Assembly (NCBI GenBank): GCA_040752815.1
Contig: JBFMGC010000011.1
Span: forward strand, 6,352 to 70,351
Source of the DNA: Candidatus Zixiibacteriota bacterium
GTDB taxonomy: Bacteria > Zixibacteria > MSB-5A5 > GN15 > FEB-12
Direction: 5' to 3'
DNA length: 64,000 nt
Below, one piece after another: positions 25,053 to 34,033 of the stretch (position 1 is its first letter; each line of letters starts with the position of its first letter). The notes under the pieces are model-generated. The model ran no database searches. It saw only the letters and a list, made by a program, of their open reading frames with translations, and was not told the origin of the DNA. The position numbers and the translations under genes are program-made.

Positions 25053-26750
25053 ATGTCTGCGGAACTTAGTGCCATTCTGGTAAAAGCGGGGAAGATCACC
25101 CAGGATCAGGCGAATGCGGCACTGGAACGTTCCAAACAGACCAAGGAAAAATTCTCCAAAGTCCTGGTTGACCTGGGGGCGGTCGCCTCGGAAGACGAGG
25201 TCATAAACTTTGTCGGCAAGCACCTTAAGATCGGTGCGCTGCGGCTGAGCGATGTCGAGCTCAACCCCGAAGTAGTCAAGCTCATCCCGCTCGATATCGC
25301 CCGCAAGTTCAAAGTCATCGCCATCAGCAAGATCGGCAAGACGCTGCTGGTGGCCATCAGCGACCCCAATAACATCTACGTACTCGACGCTATCAAGTTT
25401 ATCACCGGTTGCAATGTCCAGCCGGCGATCGCGCCCGAAAGAGAAATCGAGAAGGCGATCGAGCAATACTACGCCGACACCGGCGCCCTGTCTGAAATCG
25501 TCAAAGGTCTCGAAGACGATCCGGATCTCGAGGTCGTTTCCACCGAGGACATCCCCTCCGAGACCGACCTGATGTCTCAGATTCAGGACAAGCCTCTGGT
25601 CAAGCTGGTGGATTCGATCATCGGCGACGCCATCCGGATGGGGGCTTCCGATATCCACTTCGAGATGTACGAGAAGAAGATTCGCGTGCGCTACCGTATC
25701 GACGGCGAGCTTCAGGAGATGGCCCCGCTGCCCTTCAAATACCGCGCCGCCATCGTGTCGCGTATCAAGATTATGGCCGAACTGGACATTTCGGAACGTC
25801 GGTTACCCCAGGACGGGCGCATCAAGATCAAGATCACCGGTCGCACGGTCGACCTTCGTGTCTCGGTGCTGCCGACCATATTCGGCGAGAAGGTCGTAAT
25901 GCGAATTCTCGATCCGATGGCGCTGCGGATAGATATGACCCAGCTCGGTTTTCGCGAGCCCGACCTGGCTCGCTTCCATGAGCGCATTCACGCGCCGTTC
26001 GGCATTGTGCTGGTCACCGGCCCGACGGGTTCAGGTAAGACGACAACGCTGTACTCCGCGCTTCAGCAGTTGAATACAATCGATGTCAACATCATGACCG
26101 CCGAGGACCCGGTCGAGTTCAATTTCGAGGGGATTAATCAGGTAGCGGTCAAGCCGGACATCGGACTGACCTTCGCCAACGCCCTGCGCTCATTCCTTCG
26201 TCAGGACCCGGACATCATCATGGTCGGTGAGATTCGTGATAGTGAGACCGCCGAGATCGCCATCAAGGCGGCGCTCACGGGCCATCTCGTGTTTTCGACG
26301 CTGCACACCAACGACGCGCCCTCGTCGGTGACTCGTCTAATCGATATGGGTACGCCCAATTACCTCGTGGCGTCGGCCACGCAGCTCATCATGGCCCAGC
26401 GCATGGTCAAAAAGATCTGCCAGAAGTGTAAGGAAGAGGTCAACCTGACCGCAGAGCAAGTGGAAGCGCTCAAGATGGGGCCGGAGATGCTCAAGGGTAT
26501 TCGCGCGTTCCGGGGGAAAGGGTGCAGCGCCTGCAACAACACCGGCAAGTCGGGCCGAACGGGTATCTATGAGGTAATGCCGGTAACTCCGGCTATCGAA
26601 GAGATGATCCTCAAAAAGGCTGCCGATTCCGCCATTAGAAAAGTCGCGATGGACGAGGGGATGTTCTCGCTGCGCATGGCGGCGGTGGACAAGATGAAGC
26701 AGGGCGTCATCAGTATCGACGAAGTTTTCTCTGTGACCGGTACGAACTAA
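25053..26750 (+). CDS. pilB: Type IV pilus assembly (extension) ATPase PilB / GspE family
   Basis: N-terminal T2SSE_N-type domain. Walker A GPTGSGKTTTLYS, Asp box, Walker B/His box (IIMVGEIRD, GHLVFSTLHTND) and a tetracysteine CQKC..CSAC. Confidence 0.9.
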   Translation: MSAELSAILVKAGKITQDQANAALERSKQTKEKFSKVLVDLGAVASEDEVINFVGKHLKIGALRLSDVELNPEVVKLIPLDIARKFKVIAISKIGKTLLVAISDPNNIYVLDAIKFITGCNVQPAIAPEREIEKAIEQYYADTGALSEIVKGLEDDPDLEVVSTEDIPSETDLMSQIQDKPLVKLVDSIIGDAIRMGASDIHFEMYEKKIRVRYRIDGELQEMAPLPFKYRAAIVSRIKIMAELDISERRLPQDGRIKIKITGRTVDLRVSVLPTIFGEKVVMRILDPMALRIDMTQLGFREPDLARFHERIHAPFGIVLVTGPTGSGKTTTLYSALQQLNTIDVNIMTAEDPVEFNFEGINQVAVKPDIGLTFANALRSFLRQDPDIIMVGEIRDSETAEIAIKAALTGHLVFSTLHTNDAPSSVTRLIDMGTPNYLVASATQLIMAQRMVKKICQKCKEEVNLTAEQVEALKMGPEMLKGIRAFRGKGCSACNNTGKSGRTGIYEVMPVTPAIEEMILKKAADSAIRKVAMDEGMFSLRMAAVDKMKQGVISIDEVFSVTGTN

Positions 26751-26911
26751 CACTCTCCAGGCTTTATCGTCCCCCCCAGAATCATTTGCCCGTCAATCAC
26801 TTAAACCGGCCTACCGGCACTTTGGCGGTCAAGATTCTGCTCTGATTACCGATAACAGACAGAGAACAACTTTGGGAGTCAAAACCGCTTTCGCAGAAAG
26901 AGGAGTTCTCG

Positions 26912-27988
26912 ATGGTCTCGTTGCGCGAATTGCTGGAACAGATGGTTCGAATGGGTGCATCGGATCTGCACCTCACCGCCGGATCCCCGCCCGTGGTGCG
27001 GGTTGACGGTAAACTTCAGCGAATGCCTTATGACATGCTCACCAGTGAGGAAACGAAGAAGATTGCCTATTCGATGCTCAACGAGAAACAGAAGCTAAAA
27101 TTCGAACAGAATTGGGAGCTTGATTTTTCTTTCGGTATCGAATCAATGAGCCGGTTCCGCGCCAACATCTTCATGCAGCGTGGCAACGCGGCAGTCGCTC
27201 TGCGCCAGATTCCCTATGAGATCAAGACTTTTGAGCAGCTTGGTCTGCCTAAAGTGATATCGGATTTCGCCAAGTTGCCGCGTGGCCTCGTACTCGTGAC
27301 TGGCCCGACCGGCTCCGGTAAATCGACCACGCTCGCGGCCGTAATCGACAAAGTCAATAAAGAGCGCCCGGTGCACATAATCACGGTGGAAGATCCGATC
27401 GAATACCTGCACCGCCACCAGATGGCGCTCATAAACCAGCGCGAGGTATACTCGGATACGCCGTCGTTCGCGTCCGCACTGAAGTACGCCCTACGCGAGG
27501 ACCCGGACGTGGTCCTGGTGGGTGAGATGCGTGACCTGGAGACGATCGAATCGGCGCTCTCGATATCGGAGACCGGCCACCTGGCTTTCGCCACGCTGCA
27601 CACCAACTCGTGCGCGGAGACGATCAACCGAATTGTGGACGTCTTCCCGACCAATCAGCAGGAGCAGATTCGGGTGACGCTGTCGTTCACGCTGCAGGCC
27701 GTGGTGTCACAGGTTTTGATACCGAAAATCGGCGGCGGGCGGGTGCTCGCCATGGAAATCATGATTGCCACGCCGGCGGTCAGAGCGATCATCCGCGATG
27801 ACAAGATCCATCAATTGTACTCGATGATCCAGTCCGGCCAAAAATACGGAATGAAGACGATGAATCAGTCGCTGGCCGAGCTGTACCAGGCCGGTAAGAT
27901 TTCCATCAACGATGCCATGGGCACCAGCCACAACCAGCAGGAGCTGAGCGAAATGCTCTCGCGGCAGAAAGCGCCGGCCTACGCCTGA
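26912..27988 (+). CDS. pilT: Twitching-motility (retraction) ATPase PilT
   Basis: GASDLHLTAGSPPVVRVDG, GPTGSGKSTTLAA, VLVGEMRDLETI, GHLAFATLHTNS and an AIRNLIRE-like AVRAIIRDDKIHQ motif. 358 aa. Confidence 0.9.
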   Translation: MVSLRELLEQMVRMGASDLHLTAGSPPVVRVDGKLQRMPYDMLTSEETKKIAYSMLNEKQKLKFEQNWELDFSFGIESMSRFRANIFMQRGNAAVALRQIPYEIKTFEQLGLPKVISDFAKLPRGLVLVTGPTGSGKSTTLAAVIDKVNKERPVHIITVEDPIEYLHRHQMALINQREVYSDTPSFASALKYALREDPDVVLVGEMRDLETIESALSISETGHLAFATLHTNSCAETINRIVDVFPTNQQEQIRVTLSFTLQAVVSQVLIPKIGGGRVLAMEIMIATPAVRAIIRDDKIHQLYSMIQSGQKYGMKTMNQSLAELYQAGKISINDAMGTSHNQQELSEMLSRQKAPAYA

Positions 27989-28027
27989 GGCGGCGTGCTG
28001 AGATCGGAATGAGAAAGGAATACTGAT

Positions 28028-29227
28028 ATGCCAGTTTTCGAGTACAAGGGCAAGACCCTGGCCGGGGCCGCAGTCCAGGGCACCATGAAGGCCAACACCC
28101 GCGCCGATCTGGAGCGAGTGCTGCGCCAGAACCGGATCATGGTGGTATCGATAAACAAAAAGGCCGCCGAGATCGATATCAAATTTGGCACCGGCATCAA
28201 GAGGGTCGAAATATCCCGCTTCACACGCCAGTTCTCGACCATGATTGGGGCCGGCCTGCCCATGGTGCAGTGTCTCGAAATCCTGGGCGCCCAGACCGAG
28301 AACAAGGAACTGGCGAAGGTAATCAACCAGGTCCGCGAGGCTGTACAGGGCGGCGCAACCCTCTCCGATGCGATGAAGCGGCATCCGAAAATATTCGATG
28401 AGCTCTACACCAACATGGTGGAGGCCGGTGAAGTCGGCGGAGCGCTCGATACCATCCTGGTCCGCCTTGCGGTCTACCGCGAAAAGGCCGACCAGCTCAT
28501 TCGCAAGGTCAAAGGCGCCATGGTATACCCGAGCGTCGTTATGATTGTCGCCGCCCTGGTCACATTTGGTATGTTGACCTTTATCGTGCCGGTGTTCGCC
28601 AAGATGTTCGCCGGACTCGGTGCTGAGCTTCCCGAGCCCACCAAAGTGGTGCTGGCGATATCGCACTTCCTGAGTTCAAACATCCTATACCTGTTCTTTG
28701 GGTCGGTTGGTCTGCTGGCGGTGTTCCTTTATTGGAAACGCACCCCCAGCGGCGGTATGGCGGTGGACAAGGCTATGCTGCGGATTCCGGTCCTCGGTAA
28801 TCTGGTCAGGAAATCGTCAGTGGCGCGTTTCACCCGCACACTGGCGACACTTCTGGCCTCAGGCGTTTCGATTCTGGAAGCCCTTGACATCACCGCCAAG
28901 ACGGCGGGCAACAAAGTCGTGGCGCGGGCGATTAACCGCTCGGTCGTGGCCATCGCTGAGGGCGATACCATCACCGGACCGTTGAAGACGTCCGGCGTCT
29001 TCCCGCCAATGGTAATCCAGATGATCGGCGTCGGCGAAAAGACCGGCGGCCTGGACGAGATGTTGAACAAGATCGCCGACTTTTACGACGAGGAAGTAGA
29101 CGCGGCCGTGAGCGCGCTGACCTCGGTGATCGAGCCGGTGATCATCGTGTTCATGGGCATTGTGATCGGCGGCATTATGATCGCGATGTATCTGCCGATG
29201 TTCGACATAATTGGAAAGTTCAACTGA
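28028..29227 (+). CDS. pilC: Type IV pilus platform protein PilC / GspF family
   Basis: Two GspF repeats (FTRQFSTMIGAGLPMVQCLEIL.. and FTRTLATLLASGVSILEALDI..). Three TM segments. 399 aa. Confidence 0.9.
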   Translation: MPVFEYKGKTLAGAAVQGTMKANTRADLERVLRQNRIMVVSINKKAAEIDIKFGTGIKRVEISRFTRQFSTMIGAGLPMVQCLEILGAQTENKELAKVINQVREAVQGGATLSDAMKRHPKIFDELYTNMVEAGEVGGALDTILVRLAVYREKADQLIRKVKGAMVYPSVVMIVAALVTFGMLTFIVPVFAKMFAGLGAELPEPTKVVLAISHFLSSNILYLFFGSVGLLAVFLYWKRTPSGGMAVDKAMLRIPVLGNLVRKSSVARFTRTLATLLASGVSILEALDITAKTAGNKVVARAINRSVVAIAEGDTITGPLKTSGVFPPMVIQMIGVGEKTGGLDEMLNKIADFYDEEVDAAVSALTSVIEPVIIVFMGIVIGGIMIAMYLPMFDIIGKFN

Positions 29228-29298
29228 TCGCGTGGCGCTTTCGGTTGCGTTCAAGTAAGTGAGTCAGGCGGCCCGCCACGGCGGGCCGTTTGCCGTAT

Positions 29299-31011
29299 AT
29301 GGATAGTACTTCTGCGCCTCAAAGACTCGGCTTGTTTCTGCCGCTGCGACTGGCCACCTATGTGGTCCTGATCGCTATTGTCGTTGCCTGGATGCACTAC
29401 CCCCGGTATCTGCACTTTCAGGTCATCCTCTACTCGTTCGTGACGTTGGCGTTCGCGATCAGTCTCGCGCTGGAGAAAAGGTCTCGTCTGACCCGGGTGA
29501 CTCAGGTACTGATTGCTCTGCAGTTCCTGCTCGAAATCACGCTGGAGACCGGGATAATTTTCGTCACCGGCAATCTGCACTCGCCGTTTTCAGCCCTTTT
29601 TGTCCTTACTATCGTATCGGCGGCGCTGGCCTACCGCGTGGCCGGCACCCTGGTGGTGGCGTCAGTGGTGTCGGCCGCTTACGTTCTTGCCATCTGGCTT
29701 GGATTGAGTAACGTCGCCGGTCAGTTCAGTGTCAAGGTTTTCGAGACCATCTTCTCCTCGAACGATTTGGCGTTCTACGGTATCCTTCTGCACCTGCTCG
29801 TTTTCTATCTTACGGCATTCATATCCGGCTATCTGGCCGAACGGCTCAGTCACCAGGAGCGCCAGTTGCACGACGCTTCCAGCGCGCTCAAGCGGGCGCG
29901 GCTCGAAACGGATGACATCCTGCGGCACCTCAATTCCGGCCTGCTGACGGTCGATGCCGCCGGCCGCATCATATACTTCAACCGCGCGGCGGAACGGATT
30001 CTCGGCTACACCGAAGAAAACGTCAAGGGGATGCCCTGCACCGAGGTGTTCTCGGAGCGGATGCCGGAGCTGGCCGCCTGCCTGATGACCGGGGTACTAT
30101 CGCGATCAAGCTACCCGCGGAGGGAGCTGGAAATTGTCGATACCAGCAACCGGCGTGTGCCGGTGGGGCTGTCCACCTCGATACTTACCGAGGACTTCGG
30201 CGAACTTCGCGGCGTGATCGCCATATTCTCGGACCTGACCGAGGCCAAGGAACTCGAGCAGAAAGTCCGCAACAGCGACCGACTGGCCGCAGTGGGCGAG
30301 CTTTCGGCCTCGATCGCTCACGAAATACGCAACCCCCTAGCGGCCATATCGGGGTCGGTTGAAGTCCTGCAAAAGGAGCTTCAGCTTGACGGAGAAAACC
30401 ACCGGCTCATGGCCCTGATCACCAAGGAATCCCAGCGGCTCAATAAGATCCTCAGCGATTTCCTGACTTACGCCCGCATGGGGCGCCCCGCTTACAATAA
30501 AGTAGAACTCTGCCACGTGGTCGCCGACATCCGCGAGCTTTTGCGACGCCACGAGGCGGTGGCGGACAACATTACGCTTGGGTTCGAGACCGATGAATCG
30601 ATCGCCTATGTTTTCGGCGATGAGGACCTGATCCGGCAACTGCTTATGAATCTGGCCATCAATGCCTGCGAGTCGTTTGATGGCCGTCCCGGGGATGTGA
30701 CCTTTCGCCTGGAGCGCGGCCCGGGTGAAAATGTGATCCGCTTGAGCGTTGGCGACAACGGCCCCGGTATCGAACCGAGGCTGCAGGAGAAGATCTTCCA
30801 GCCATTTTACTCCACCAAGAAATCAGGAACCGGCCTGGGTCTTGCCATAGTCCATCGTATTTGCAATGCGCTGCGCTTGCGCCTCGACCTGGATAGCCTT
30901 CCCGGCGAAGGAACCACCTTTACGGTTTGGTTCAGCAGTTACACGCTGGGCCGTTCGATTGCGCCCGGCCTGACCCCTACCGATGAGCGCGCTTCAGTTG
31001 CGCCGTTCTAA
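29299..31011 (+). CDS. PilS-like membrane sensor histidine kinase (multi-TM - PAS - HisKA - HATPase)
   Basis: About six N-terminal TM helices and a PAS segment (LLTVDAAGRIIYFNRAAERILGY). H-box SASIAHEIRNPL, N-box LMNLAINACES, G1 VGDNGPGI, G2 GTGLGLAIV. No response regulator is adjacent. Start is ATG 29299 or TTG 29290. Confidence 0.8.
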   Translation: MDSTSAPQRLGLFLPLRLATYVVLIAIVVAWMHYPRYLHFQVILYSFVTLAFAISLALEKRSRLTRVTQVLIALQFLLEITLETGIIFVTGNLHSPFSALFVLTIVSAALAYRVAGTLVVASVVSAAYVLAIWLGLSNVAGQFSVKVFETIFSSNDLAFYGILLHLLVFYLTAFISGYLAERLSHQERQLHDASSALKRARLETDDILRHLNSGLLTVDAAGRIIYFNRAAERILGYTEENVKGMPCTEVFSERMPELAACLMTGVLSRSSYPRRELEIVDTSNRRVPVGLSTSILTEDFGELRGVIAIFSDLTEAKELEQKVRNSDRLAAVGELSASIAHEIRNPLAAISGSVEVLQKELQLDGENHRLMALITKESQRLNKILSDFLTYARMGRPAYNKVELCHVVADIRELLRRHEAVADNITLGFETDESIAYVFGDEDLIRQLLMNLAINACESFDGRPGDVTFRLERGPGENVIRLSVGDNGPGIEPRLQEKIFQPFYSTKKSGTGLGLAIVHRICNALRLRLDLDSLPGEGTTFTVWFSSYTLGRSIAPGLTPTDERASVAPF

Positions 31012-31083
31012 TCCATTTGGCCTTGATTTCGGCCCCCGGATGTATAAGTTGGAGTCTCGATTTTACCGGGAATGGAGTAACGA

Positions 31084-32883
31084 ATGCGCGTTTGTGTTGG
31101 CCTCGGCCTGACGTTGGTGACTTGCAGCCTGATTTTCAGCGGTTGCGGGGGTCCGCCGCCGGTCGGATGGGACACTCTCGAGCGCCTCAATTACAACGTG
31201 GTCGAAGCCGAGCCGGGCCTTAGAATTCCGGCCAAGCACCTCTATGAGTTGATCTATTTCAGCCGCGTGTCCTCGGTCGGCGGGCCGGTCTCCGATTCTG
31301 TAATTCAGGCATTTCGGGACAGCGTGACAGTTGACACGTTGATCGGTCTGACCGTTGACGAATTCGAGCTCGGCAAGCACTGGTACCAGTACCGCGAATA
31401 TCGTGACCGCACCAACGCCGCTCTGGAGCACCTGTTCTGGACGAACCAGGTCGGGTCGACAATTGCGATCGACTCGCAGGAGGTAATCGACTACTACCAC
31501 AGCCACGCCGAGGAATTCTCGCTGCCGGAACAGGTGAACATCTATCACATTCTAAGCAGTCCACTCGGGTTTCGCCAGGGACGAGACTCGCTGCTGGTGG
31601 CGCGCTTCACGCGTGAGGACCTCGATGCTTTCGCCGAAGTGTTCGTTCATCGGCTCTATCAATTACTGGAGTACGGCGAGCCATTCCAGAACGTAGCGTT
31701 CAATTTCTCACACGATGTCATGTCTCGCGAGAAGGGGGGACATCTGGGGTGGACACGACGCGGAGTTTACGTGGACCCGTTCGATTCAATCGCCTTCTCG
31801 CTGCAGGATGGCGAGTACTCGGTGCCGTATAAGGATGCCGACGGATGGCATATGCTCTACCGGGCGGCTTATAATCCCGGCGGTCCCCAGCCGCTGGATT
31901 CGTCATGGGTATACACCAGAGCGTACAATGCGGTTTTCAACATAAAAGGCTCGGGCCGGGCGAACCGGATTGTGGACAGCCTTCGTAGCGCCGCCGTATT
32001 CGAGTACAACGACCTGTTGCTGACCGATACGATTGTTCATCTCGTGGCGGATTCGGTTTGGGCGGCGGTTGTCAATAAGACCGACACGGTTGATTTTTTC
32101 CGGCTGAAGGGACTCGAGGACGACTACCGCAAGAGCTATCAGGTCAGCAACACTACTCCGGATATGCGTCGCCTTATGGTGATGCACGCGGCCGGCCCGC
32201 TCATAATCGTGCAGGCCGCCCGCAGCCTGGGGCTGGACACGCTCCCCAATCATCGGGCCACCGAGCGCCAGGTCTGGCGCGAAACTGTGAAAGCCCTGCG
32301 CCTGGCCTTGCTTTACAATCCTGACACCTGGGCGCCCAGCGATTCGGCCGTCGCGCAGTACTATCAAGAACATTACCACGTGTTCAACCCGCCTCTGTTC
32401 ATTCGCGCCGAGCAGCTCCTGGTGCAGGAAGAAGAGCTGGCTCATTTCCTGCGCGAGCAGATACAATCGGGATTCACGCTGCCCTACCTGGCTGAATACT
32501 ACGGCAGGGAAGAGGGGTATTCGGTTATCTATGAAAACATGGGCGTAGTTAAAGAGGGCTCGGTCGACCCAGTCTTGTTCGACGCGCTTCGGCGCACGCA
32601 CGCCAGTCGGGTAACCAAGGTCGTGAGAACACCGCGCGGCTATCATATCGCCAGAGTGTTGGAACGGGAGTATCCGCAGTCGCTGGACATGGCGGCGGGA
32701 GCGATTCGCAGCTTGCTGATCGAGCAGTATCGGCGGCAAAAGTGGTTCGATTTCCGCGATGAACTATTTCGCAAGCAGCAGGTGCGGTTTCCGGGAGTGC
32801 TTCCGCCGTTCGAGCTTCCGCGCCTCTCCCAGAGGAATCACCCGCGTACCCTGCCCAGACCAAGCAGTGACTCCTACTTCTGA
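31084..32883 (+). CDS. SurA/PrsA-like peptidyl-prolyl cis-trans isomerase lipoprotein (two parvulin-type domains)
   Basis: Lipobox LIFSGC-GG. Parvulin-like segments IYHILSS..GGHLGWTRRGVYVDPFDSIAFSLQDGEYSVPYKDADGWHMLY and IRAEQLLV..VVRTPRGYHIARVLE. Confidence 0.7.
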   Translation: MRVCVGLGLTLVTCSLIFSGCGGPPPVGWDTLERLNYNVVEAEPGLRIPAKHLYELIYFSRVSSVGGPVSDSVIQAFRDSVTVDTLIGLTVDEFELGKHWYQYREYRDRTNAALEHLFWTNQVGSTIAIDSQEVIDYYHSHAEEFSLPEQVNIYHILSSPLGFRQGRDSLLVARFTREDLDAFAEVFVHRLYQLLEYGEPFQNVAFNFSHDVMSREKGGHLGWTRRGVYVDPFDSIAFSLQDGEYSVPYKDADGWHMLYRAAYNPGGPQPLDSSWVYTRAYNAVFNIKGSGRANRIVDSLRSAAVFEYNDLLLTDTIVHLVADSVWAAVVNKTDTVDFFRLKGLEDDYRKSYQVSNTTPDMRRLMVMHAAGPLIIVQAARSLGLDTLPNHRATERQVWRETVKALRLALLYNPDTWAPSDSAVAQYYQEHYHVFNPPLFIRAEQLLVQEEELAHFLREQIQSGFTLPYLAEYYGREEGYSVIYENMGVVKEGSVDPVLFDALRRTHASRVTKVVRTPRGYHIARVLEREYPQSLDMAAGAIRSLLIEQYRRQKWFDFRDELFRKQQVRFPGVLPPFELPRLSQRNHPRTLPRPSSDSYF

Positions 32884-33499
32884 GCATACCACGGCCGGTG
32901 AGATCCCCTTCTCCCAGGAACTCTGGCGGAAAGGGACTCACATGGCAGCCCTCGTGATCCCGACGGGCTATTATGTCCTCGGACTGTCTCCCCGCCAGGC
33001 CCTGGCCATTCTGATCCCGATCGCGCTGGCGATGCTCCTGATCGATATCTCGCGCCTTCGTCAATGGGCCTTCTGGCGGAATTTCGCCTCGCGGATTGGC
33101 GGCCAAATGGTGCGCGGTCATGAGCAGCTCGGCGATTTCACCGGCGCCACGTACATTCTCATCTCAGTGTGTATGACTATTGCGATGTACAGCAAGCCGG
33201 TGGCGATCGCCGCGATCGCGTTCATCATAGTCGGCGATACCTTCGCCGCCCTGGTCGGACGCAAGTTCGGCCGGCACCGGTTTGGGCGCAAATCTGTCGA
33301 GGGTTCCGTGGCGTGCCTGGTAGGCACGGCTCTGGTCGCAGTGCTTGCGCCTGGTTTGACTTTGACGGTCGCTTTGGTGGGGGCGACTGTGGCCACGATC
33401 ACCGAAGCAGTCTCGCTCAAAGTAGACGATAACATCAGCGTGCCGATTGTCTCAGGTCTGGCGATGACATTACTCCAGAGGATACTCGAAAGCAGCTGA
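32867..33499 (+). CDS. CTP-dependent polyprenol/diacylglycerol kinase-like (CdsA/dolichol kinase superfamily) membrane protein
   Basis: ELWRKGTHMAALVIP at the N-terminus and GDTFAALVGRKFGRHRFGRKSVEGSVACLVGTALV, the cytidylyltransferase-family motif. The start is uncertain; GTG 32867 is chosen, a 17-nt overlap with the upstream gene. Confidence 0.6.
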   Translation: MTPTSEHTTAGEIPFSQELWRKGTHMAALVIPTGYYVLGLSPRQALAILIPIALAMLLIDISRLRQWAFWRNFASRIGGQMVRGHEQLGDFTGATYILISVCMTIAMYSKPVAIAAIAFIIVGDTFAALVGRKFGRHRFGRKSVEGSVACLVGTALVAVLAPGLTLTVALVGATVATITEAVSLKVDDNISVPIVSGLAMTLLQRILESS

Positions 33500-33606
33500 C
33501 AGAATTCAACCGCGCATCTAACTCTTTTGGATACAACAAGTTGCGCGGCTTCCGTTCGGCTATGTTCAGAACTCTGCGTAGTGGACCGATTTTCTTCAAG
33601 ATTTTG

Positions 33607-33636
33607 TTGGCGTCAATTTTGAGGGGGGCGTATAAT
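33607..33636 (+). promoter_or_regulatory. Sigma70-type promoter of the cold-shock gene
   Basis: TTGGCG (33607-33612), an 18-nt spacer, then a perfect TATAAT (33631-33636). This leaves a ~50-nt leader before the GTG start. Confidence 0.5.
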
Positions 33637-33694
33637 CTATGTAGAGCATGGAGCTCAAACCGGAAACTTTTCACACGGTACTGGAGGTGTACTT

Positions 33695-33901
33695 GTGTCC
33701 AAAGGCCGAGTCAAATATTTCAACGAGAACAAAGGTTGGGGGTTGATTGCTGATCGTGAGTCGGATCGCGACATCTACGTTCATTACACTGCCATCAGGA
33801 TGGACGGCTACAAGACTCTCAGAGAAGGACAGGAAGTCTTGTACGAAATCACCCATACTGATCGAGGCCCCCAGGCTCTCAATGTGACTCCGCAACTCTG
33901 A
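33695..33901 (+). CDS. Cold-shock domain protein (CspA family)
   Basis: KGRVKYFNENKGWGLIA (RNP1-like KGFGFI variant) and DIYVHYTAI (RNP2-like). 68 aa. GGAGG Shine-Dalgarno and GTG start. Confidence 0.9.
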   Translation: MSKGRVKYFNENKGWGLIADRESDRDIYVHYTAIRMDGYKTLREGQEVLYEITHTDRGPQALNVTPQL

Positions 33902-33920
33902 TCAGTCAGTACAACTGTGA

Positions 33921-33960
33921 AACGCCTCTCCGGACTTCGGTCTGCGGGAGGCGTTTTTTT
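33921..33960 (+). terminator. Rho-independent terminator of the csp gene
   Basis: aacgcctc-tccggac-TTCG-gtc(tg)cgg-gaggcgtt is followed by a run of 7 T. The stem is extended and capped by a UUCG tetraloop. Confidence 0.85.
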
Positions 33961-34033
33961 GTGCAGCGATCACCGCACGTTTCAGTCGTCAATTAGCTTA
34001 ACAAAGGTCAACCGCGACGATATATTCCCGCCC

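Noticed and set aside
25053-25400. MshEN-type c-di-GMP binding motif in the PilB N-terminal domain
   Set aside because: The N-terminus (ELSAILVKAGKITQDQANAALERSKQ / KFSKVLVDLGAVASEDEV) has the general T2SSE_N helix pattern. The key R-L-G and terminal Q positions of the 24-residue motif, as I recall it, are not conserved, so no binding is claimed.
24513-25658. 381-aa minus-strand ORF spanning mglB and the 5' part of pilB
   Set aside because: It lies antisense to two genes with strong family signatures. Its product is low-complexity and rich in Arg/Gly/Asp, with no motifs. This is a typical shadow ORF in GC-rich DNA.
29228-29298. Hairpin ggcccg-ccacgg-cgggcc after pilC as a terminator or attenuator before the kinase gene
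   Set aside because: The stem is short and is followed only by GTTTG. This is too weak to call, and the kinase may be co-transcribed with pilC.
33917-34033. N-terminal extension of the threonine aldolase ORF (track start 33917)
   Set aside because: The extension is translated from the csp terminator hairpin and T-run. The canonical LtaE N-terminus (MKTIDLRSDTVTRP) starts at 34034.
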